Part shown: one piece after another, positions 55,911 through 64,000 of the stretch
How positions within the stretch are numbered: position 1 is the stretch's first letter
How the letters are laid out: every line of letters starts with the position of its first letter
Origin: Eledone cirrhosa
Lineage: Eukaryota
Assembly (NCBI GenBank): GCA_964016885.1
Contig: OZ024741.1
Coordinates: forward strand, 102,920,001 to 102,984,000
Direction: 5' to 3'
Length of the DNA: 64,000 nt
Translations under genes and position numbers: made by a program
Notes under the pieces: generated by a model
The model's input: only the letters and a program-made list of their open reading frames with translations
Told to the model about the DNA's origin: nothing
The model's database searches: none

Positions 55911-58733
55911 CAGGGTGCGTGCTCTCAGACACGAGGGGACGAAATTTGTTCAATGGACCCGGGTGGTGGAGGCGCGTCGTGGCAACAAAGCTACGATTCG
56001 GTCTTTGGCGAACCACGACGGGCGCATGATACTCGATCCCGGGCAGATGTGTGCGGCTTTTCAGCAGCACTTTGCTCAGCTGTTCGGAGGCAGCGGCGAG
56101 CCGTATTGCGGAATGGACTTCAGTGCCTACCTCGATGGACTGCCGCGGCTCTCGGCAACTGAGGCGGAGTGTTGCGAAAGGCCGATAACAGCTGCTGAAG
56201 TACGGGAGGCAATGACTAGCTGCACAATGGGTAAATTGCCTGGTTTGGATGGGATGCCCTACGAATTTTACATACATATGCCAGACATGTTCGAAGACCT
56301 CTTAGCAGACGTCTACTGCAACTGGCAGCAGAACGGGAGAATTCCCAGCTCTGTGAGCCGAGGAGCGGTGGCGCTGCTAAGAAAGGATCCGAACAAGGGG
56401 GATAACATAGACAATTTCACGCCCATAACTCTGCTAAACACAGACTTCAAGATTTTGGCTAAGGTGTTAGCAAAGAGATTGGCGCTTGTCGTTGGTGGTC
56501 TGGTGGGAGAGGCGCAAACATGCGCCATTCCAGAGAGATCCATCCACGACAACCTCCACCTCATGCGATACATCGTAGAGAGGGTAGCTAGGGAACATGG
56601 CATGATCAGTCAAAAGCTTTCGATAGGGTCGACCATCGTTATCTGGCGGCAGTCCTAAGAACAGCTGGCTTTGGGCCTGTCTTCAGAGGATGGATTGCTG
56701 CCGTACACAGCGACATCTGCTCTGTGGTGAGAGCGAACGTTCACCTTTCGGAACCGTTCAAAATCATGCGCTCGATCTGCCAAGGATGTCCTGTCCCGTC
56801 CTTGTTGTACGTATTGACTTTCGAGCCATTACTGCACAAATTGGAGACGTTGAGGGAGATCCCGCGCGAACTAGGATGTGGAAGAACCGTGTCAGCATAT
56901 GCAGACGACGTCACCGTAGTGGTGTCGAACGCCAAACACATCGAGGCGATCGGCACCACACTAAGAGAATTCGAGGTAGTGACAGGAGCAATGATCAACC
57001 AGAAATAATCAGTAGGCCTGCAACTCGGCACCTGGAGAGGCAGGTCCATGCCGTCCAACAGCGTCGCCGGGCGCTGGACGGACGGACCGGTTAAAATGCT
57101 AGGGGTCTGGTTCGGTCCCGACCTCCAGACTGACAAAAACTGGGAGGAGGTCACGAGCAAGGTGGCTTCTCTCACCCAGAAATGGGCTGAGAGGAAGCTA
57201 TCCCTGAAAGGTCGAGCGGAGGTGGCGAATGCGTAAATCGCGTCCGTCATCTACTACCGTCTGACTGTCGTGCCTTGTTCTAAGACTCGCCTGACTGCAC
57301 TGGAGCGTTTTCTTTTTCGCCTTTTGTAGAAGGGACGTGCTCCGATGGTCAGGCGCTCCATCTGCTATCAACACCCGCTACGCGGAGGGATGGGCATGCC
57401 GTGGCTGATGATGCGCAGACATGCGCTCGGGCTACGATATCTCCCCCTCTTCCTCGAGGGTGATCAGGTGTGGTCGCCCTTTGCTAGACACATATTTCCC
57501 CAGCTTGTCTCCTTGGCGGAGCTGCAATCCTGAGTCAAGCGAAGACCGAGAGGGAGCGCTTGGAGACTGGAATGTCTTCAGGAGCTTACAGCCCTCGACT
57601 AGTCGAGCAATACAATTGCTGGAAACTCCACCTTGGCGTTCTATAGAGGGTTGGTGGAGGGAAAGAGTAACGACGTCCTTGGGGAGACTCTAGGCGTCGA
57701 CGAAAACCAACTAGCCAATCTCTTCGGGTGAACTTTCGAGCCGGGGCCTATGGACAACTTCCAGAAATCCCTGGCCTGGCAGTACTACCGAGGAGCCTTG
57801 CCAGTTCGGGATAAACTCTATAGGCATGGAAGTGCCGTCAACCGGGCTTGTCCGAGATGCGCGCAGGGCAATGAAACCGTCCTGCACGCACTCGTCCAGT
57901 GTCCGAGCATTGCTGTCTTGTGGGTTTATGCCGAACACCTGCTGTCACGTGTAGAACGGATCCGGCTATCAGCTGAGTCCATCGTGAAAATTGCCACGCC
58001 GCCTTCCTTTAGCCGAGAATGGCAGGCAGTTTTTATCTGCCTGGTGGCCATGGTAAAGGAGATTGTATGGTGGACACGTCTGAAAGGGCTGAAGACGAGC
58101 ACTTATTCTTCGGTGATGCTCTGATTGACTTTTTCAAATTTCATTTGAAAAGGAAAATCAGAGTACAGAGGGAAGTGCTCTCTTCCCAGCATTTTGTTGA
58201 AAGATGGGTGAAAGAAGCAAGAATGGCCCGAGTGAATGGGCCTACTCTGAGTATGTATCTGTAAATTAAAGGTGGAAAACTGGGAGAGGGCACTTGCCTT
58301 GGTGGTCAGGGTCACTGTGGCCTTTTACTGGGCTTTCTCTACAAATGTCCTTCCGAAGTCTCCCTCCTATTGGGGAATTTTTCGTTGTTATTTTTTGTTA
58401 CATCCTCTGTTTTTGTTTTTTACACACAGAAATGCCCATTTGTACCGTCCTGTATTGTCCTGCACTGTCCTTAATGTCTACTTTATGTAAACCCTTGTGG
58501 TTAATAAAGAAATCATTATTATTATTCAGGGTCATTGTGGCTTTTTACTGGGCTTTCTCCACAAATGTCCCTCCGAAGTCTCCCCCCTATTGGGGAATTT
58601 TTCATTGTTATTTTTTGTTACATCCTCTGTTTTTGTTTTTTACACGCAGAAATGCCCATTTGTACCGTCCTGTATTGTCCTGTACTGTCCTTAATGTCTA
58701 CTTTATGTAAACCCTTGTGGTTAATAAAGAAAA

Positions 58734-58787
<54 letters not shown>

Positions 58788-58790
58788 CAT
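55911..58790 (+). mobile_element. Tx1/L1-clade LINE, 5'-truncated ORF2 pseudogene with duplicated 3' UTR and (TTA)n tail
   Basis: KLPGLDGMPYEFY, PITLLNTDFKILAKVLAKRL, QKAFDRV (shifted frame), QGCP, AYADDV, C-terminal CPRC...ETVLHALVQCP; several frameshifts and stops; 3' UTR units 58306-58525 and 58526-58745. Confidence 0.9.
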
Positions 58791-60409
58791 TATTGATGTT
58801 ATTTAACTGGAAAGTTTGTTGAAATGAATATCATGAGATACTGGGGTCGATTTAATCAATTTTTCCATCCTCCATCAAACATTATTGGCCTTTTGGTTTG
58901 ATGTGACTAGACGTATCTTCAGATAACTACAAGAATAGCTTGGGTGGTTACTATGTATTAAAGTTAATTATTTTAGAAATAGTACAACGTGTGGTTGTTT
59001 GCTCTAATAGTTGAAATAGACTAAAAAGGTCGTTTGTAGATATAGTTCTCTCAATATAACTCTCGTTTGAGAGCGTTGGAAATGGCCAACCCAACATAAT
59101 CTAGCAACAGCTTTCAATAGATCATACTATATTAATTAAATGCTGAATATAGAGAGGTTGGGAATAAACAGTTCACTGCATTGTCTCTGGTTCCTCAATT
59201 TAACCAAGAGAGAATATATCTTGGATTTTCATACCCAGACAGTTATGTTAGTAATATGAAGTATCAATAGAAAATAGCTGCATAAGGAAGAATGAAAAAC
59301 AGATCATATTTCGTGACATGCCAGAGAGAATAATCGACCAAGTAGTGTTATGAAAGACTAAAAGAAAAGAAAATTCCTGCCAATCTAAATATCGGTCAAG
59401 TTGCAACAGATGATAATGAAGTGAAGAAATAATCGAAATATAAAAATCTGGAAATAATACGGACCATGAAGAGAAAAACTCCTATAATGATAGGTGCCTT
59501 GAAAATGATTTTAAAATGTACAGTCATATACATAGCCTAAACTCCATACTTATTAATAGACAGTTAGCAATAAGTAAGTTCACTGTACTTGCTTCGAGGA
59601 AACAAGAAAGCACTAAATAGGAACTGCACACATTTTAACGTCTTCTGCAAAAGGTATATTTGAATTAATCACAAGAAAATAAACAATACTTTATGTTGAA
59701 GCGAATGAAAAGAATGAAATATATGGCAAGTGGAAATGAATATTCAGATTTTAGAATAACAAAATTATTGAAGGAATGAAAGAATAAAAGAATTACTTGA
59801 GTAGATGAATACGGTAATCATCAATCCTTTTCTCTCGGATATAATTACACCCTCTTTCTGCAAAAATTGTCCTTGAAATTAATGAAAAGAAGCCAATGTG
59901 TGAAAACGATAATAACAGAATAAAAATGAGGAATAGGTCGAATAAAGAGAATCAAAAGATGTGGGAAGCAACAATAAATGAAAGTGGAGATGAGTTGTGA
60001 ATGATAATACCAGTAATAATTGTTTCTACGTTTGGCACAAGGCCAGCAAATACCCAGTGCATTACTGGTACTTTATTTTATCGACCCTGTAAGGATGAAA
60101 GGCAAAGTTATCCTCGGCGGGATTTGAACTCAGAATGGCAAGGACCGTAACTCTATACATCAAAGCATGGCGTCCGACCCTCTACCAATACTGCCAATCC
60201 ACTACCAGTAATAATTGTTTCTACTTTAGCCACAAGGCCAGCAATTACCCAGTGCATTACTGGTACTTTATTTTATCGACCCCGTAAGGATGAAAGGCAA
60301 AGTCAACCTCGGCAGGATTTGAACTCAGATCGTAAAGGGACGTAACTATGCTGGAAAGCATGGCGTCCGACCCTTAATAATAGAAAATAATGATGTGAAT
60401 GATAACAGA

Positions 60410-60445
<36 letters not shown>

Positions 60446-60495
60446 GTGATGGTGATGGTGATGATGATGGTGATGGTGATGGTGATGATGATGAC

Positions 60496-60535
<40 letters not shown>

Positions 60536-60601
60536 GGGATGTTGATGATGATAATGATGATGATGATGACGTGATGGTGATGGTGATGGCGATGATGATG
60601 G

Positions 60602-60636
<35 letters not shown>

Positions 60637-60649
60637 TTGATGGTGATGG

Positions 60650-60681
<32 letters not shown>
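60410..60681. repeat. (GAT/GGT)n microsatellite
   Basis: Directly visible; explains the poly-M/H/I/S ORFs. Confidence 0.95.
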
Positions 60682-60684
<3 letters not shown>

Positions 60685-61243
60685 AGAAGGCATGACAACA
60701 TTGCCAGGTTGGGTCATTGGAATCTCTGTCATAAGTATGATATGAATAGAAGTAAGAAATGGTGTGAACACCAACCGGAAACGGTGGCTGAAAATGAACA
60801 GTATAAGATCTTGTGGGACATGACCATCTAGTGTGACCATTTTATCGTGGCTAGAAGTCCTGACATTGTTGTCGTAGAAAAGAACAACATGGCATGTATT
60901 GTGGATATTGCTTCATCGTGGGAGAAGGGAAATCGAGAAATACCAGGAGCGAAAGAGAGAAATCAGGAAACTGTAGAGAATCAGACACATAGACGTGGTA
61001 CCGATTGTGGTTAGTGCACTGGGAGCAGTTAGTAGAAGGATGGATGCATGGCTTGAGAAGCTAAGAATCACTATCAGGACAGGGTTGTTGCAGAAAACTG
61101 CCTTGCTGGGAACAGCAGGAATTCTATGAAGGGTATTGGAAAGTTGAAAAAGGAATGACCTTTGACCATTGGCTATGACTCGCTCTTTTGGTTTAGTGTC
61201 GGTATAACATCTGCTAGCTCAAAAGCGTTACAAATAATAATAA
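60681..61243 (+). mobile_element. R4/Dong-like non-LTR 3' fragment (restriction-like endonuclease)
   Basis: RRHDNIAR..HWNLC...KILWDMTI*CDH...SPDIVVV...IVDIA...EKYQ...VVPIVVSALG...LQKTALLGTA; (TAA)n tail; more decayed relatives at ~29200-29380 and 59210-59640. Confidence 0.8.
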
Positions 61244-61807
61244 TACTGAGTTCTACTATAGGCACAAGGTCAGCAATGTGGAGAGAGGGAAAAGTCGATT
61301 AAATCGACCTCAGTGCGTTACTGGTATTTTATTTTATCGACCCAGTAAGGATGAAAGGCAAAGCTAACCTCGGCAAGATTTGAGCTCAGAACGTAAAGAG
61401 CAGTAATTCTATGCAACAAAGCATATTGTCCGATGCTCTACCGATACTGCCAATCAGAATAATAAAATAATGAGAGTGATAACATACAAAAATAAAGAAT
61501 GGTGCGAATAATGAAATTCAAAAATGAGGAAAGTAAAGTTTAATCAAAGATTACCGAAAGAATGAATGGGTGAGAAAATGAGAATTAAGAAGTTGTTGAG
61601 TAAGTGTGAAGGGTGGTAGGGGAATATGAATGATATCTGCTTGTATCACATTTCATAAACATTACTATATATATATATCACTAACCTACTTTTTCCTTTC
61701 TGCAAGTTACCTATTCTGTGTTTCATTTTGTCTCCATGTGTCTAACTAGCCATCTTTGTCACACACTATTCGACTTAAATGATGATCATTTAATTTTATT
61801 CGTAATG

Positions 61808-61935
61808 AACGTGTGATCTTTGCACCGCCGAAGCCCTGGAAATAATTTATGCCGACAAACGAATCTTCAACAAAAATCTGAAGCAATTTCGGCTTGTAAG
61901 TATAAATTGTATAAAACGTTCTTGTATTACAGCCC
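61808..61935 (+). pseudogene. Decayed C-terminus of another Naiad-like PLE
   Basis: TCDLCTAEALEIIYADKRIFNK then (frameshift) SEAISACKYK, matching the CxLCxxE...NKxxE...C terminus of PLEs 1, 2 and 4. Confidence 0.6.
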
Positions 61936-62193
61936 GACAATATATCCTAACGGATAGTACAGGCACTATGTTGATAATATACGTCATGATGTGGTAGCTA
62001 AGAATATTCTAACTTTATACCAACATTTGCCTCCCTCAGTTTCAAAAGATCCCGTATAGGGTGAAAGCAGAAATTCTTTGCTTAAACCTTAATCTGTACT
62101 AATAATAAATATTTGCTCTACGGGTTTATATATACTTTTAAATATATATACAATCCTTATCGAGCTCTCTTCGGATTTTTGCATTTAATATTG

Positions 62194-62263
<70 letters not shown>

Positions 62264-62701
62264 CAATATTAAATGCAAAAATCTAAAATCTCTATCAAAA
62301 ATCTAAAATCTCTATCTAAAATCTGTAATCTCTGCCTAAATGAAAAATTTACCATTATCTCTAACCTAGATTCTATAATAAATAGACGCACAGATTTGTT
62401 TTCTATCTGCCTGCATAAATTCCATAGAACTTTTCACAAAGTATACAGTTAATATTCAATTCTTTATCAATTTAGAATCTTTTCTCAAAGGCACATATAC
62501 ATACACCTCTTTAAAATATACCCATCTTCCTACCATACTTTAAAGGGCTTTACACACTCTATAATACTTGTTTACTCATTACCCTCATTCTATCTTCACC
62601 TTGTAAAATCATTCATAACATATACATCTGTTTTTTTTTTTTGTTTTTTTTTTTTTGACGTTAGAATATTCATCCGCAATCATTATTTTTTTCTCTCTCC
62701 A

Positions 62702-62887
62702 AGGGCGGTGGATTGGCAGTATCGGTAGAGGGTCGGACGCCATGCTTTCCAGCATAGTTACGTCCCTTTACGATCTGAGTTCAAATCCCGCCGAGGTTGA
62801 CTTTGCCTTTCATCCTTACGGGGTTGATAAAATAAAGTACCAGTAATGCACTAGTTAATTGCTGGCCTTGTGCCTAAAGTAGAAACA
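62702..62887 (+). mobile_element. SINE family A inserted in the PLE 3' UTR with 18-bp TSD
   Basis: A-box TGGCAGTATCGG, B-box GAGTTCAAATCC; TSD attatttttttctctctc at 62682-62699 and 62888-62905. Confidence 0.92.
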
Positions 62888-63686
62888 ATTATTTTTTTCT
62901 CTCTCTCATAAATCTTTTTAATCTCAATTTCATCCTTAATTTATTATTTTTTTCTCCCCATCAACGAACTCATTCTTAATACATATTAACTCTATTCGCA
63001 TATATTATCAATTCCTCCAATATACAAACTTTAACTTCACATTATTTTTCTCAAATCCTTAATAATTTTTCTCTTCGTTAATTTTGAAATTGCCACAACA
63101 TACCCTTTTTTGACGTTAGAATATTCATCCACAATTATTATTTCTTCTCTCTATCTTCATACATAAATTCCCTTCGTTAATTTTCAAATTCCTTTAATTT
63201 ATACATTATCTTCCAACGGTTTCTCAACCTCTCTGTGTAAGGCAATGTATCTTTCTCTCAGTTATAAAAACTATCTCTTTCTCTCTATCGCCCATCTCTC
63301 CCTCTCCACCTTCACTCTCATCTCCTCCCCCTTTTTTTCATCCTTTCCACCCACCCCCCTCCCTAAATAAAATACTTTTTCCTCGCACATATCCTCCTTT
63401 CGTTGATTTTCAAAAATTTTTTGGGGGTTTATACATTATCTTCCAACGGTTTTCAACCTCTCTGTGTGGGACAGTATATCTCCTCTCAGTTATAAAAGCT
63501 ATCTCTTTCTCTCTATCACCCATCTCTCCCTCTCATCTCCTCCCCTTTTTCATCCTTCCCCCCCCCCCCTCTCTAAATAAAATATTTTTCCCAATATCAC
63601 ACATCAATCTAAAACCACTTTTCATATGTTGATTTAAAACTGCACTATCCACAGGTGTTTTTTAGCCTTCATATCATGTTCTCCTG

Positions 63687-63753
63687 TTTTATCTGATGAA
63701 AACACAAATATTATTGCATGATGATGTTTGTTTTTGAAATGCGCATAATAAAA
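63687..63753 (+). ncRNA. Hammerhead ribozyme of the PLE 1-family copy
   Basis: ttttat-CTGATGA-...-GAAA-tgcgca-TA-ataaaa. Confidence 0.85.
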
Positions 63754-63785
63754 TACATGGAACTCCTTTAACCATCTTTTGATCT

Positions 63786-63819
<34 letters not shown>

Positions 63820-64000
63820 AACAGATCAGATTAGAGCAAACATCACGGACGCTCTATCTCAAAATTATTTTTGAAAAGCATTAGAAAAACTTAAAACTAA
63901 AACTGAATACTAACCAATACTTATTACTAATTTTTAATTATTCCTAATTAAACTATTTTTCACTGGGAAAAATTTGTCAGCATTTTCTTTTCCTTTTACT

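Larger units (their letters stand above)
62300..63792 (+). mobile_element. Second copy of the PLE 1 family (3' end only)
   Basis: SLSKICNLCLNEKFTIISNLDSIINRRTDLFSICLHKFHRTFHKVYS*, then a 3' UTR matching 17253-18600; ends at the same base before (TA)n. Confidence 0.9.

Noticed and set aside
61980-62035. SECIS-like ATGA...AA hairpin after the decayed Naiad C-terminus
   Set aside because: It lacks the 3' GA of the core, and no UGA codon needs it

Overview
Animal (AT-rich, microsatellite-dense, most likely coleoid cephalopod/Octopus-like by its SINE families; inferred, not searched) intergenic or intronic DNA, almost entirely retroelement-derived, with no securely identifiable host gene. It is dominated by Penelope-like elements (PLEs; RT plus C-terminal GIY-YIG). 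Three long Naiad-like copies are present (17.3-21.3, 37.1-43.6 and 45.0-49.0 kb), the middle one full-length and reconstructable. There is also one PLE of another lineage with a 5' inversion (33.2-36.2 kb) and many short ORF-less PLE-terminus remnants. By eye I find about 20 complete, mutated or half hammerhead ribozyme (HHR) motifs from at least 10 sequence families. Most of these inserts sit between (TA)n tracts and share a fold-back architecture (inverted arms of unequal length), and related subfamilies reuse the same two end points. Other elements: a Ty3/Gypsy element with a -1 frameshift signal, 3'-truncated and flanked by a perfect 73-bp direct repeat of a PLE HHR terminus; a SINE-head/HHR-tail chimera; a Tx1/L1-clade LINE; R4/Dong-like and RTE fragments; and many tRNA-derived SINEs. 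All calls were made by eye; no database searches or folding computations were run.
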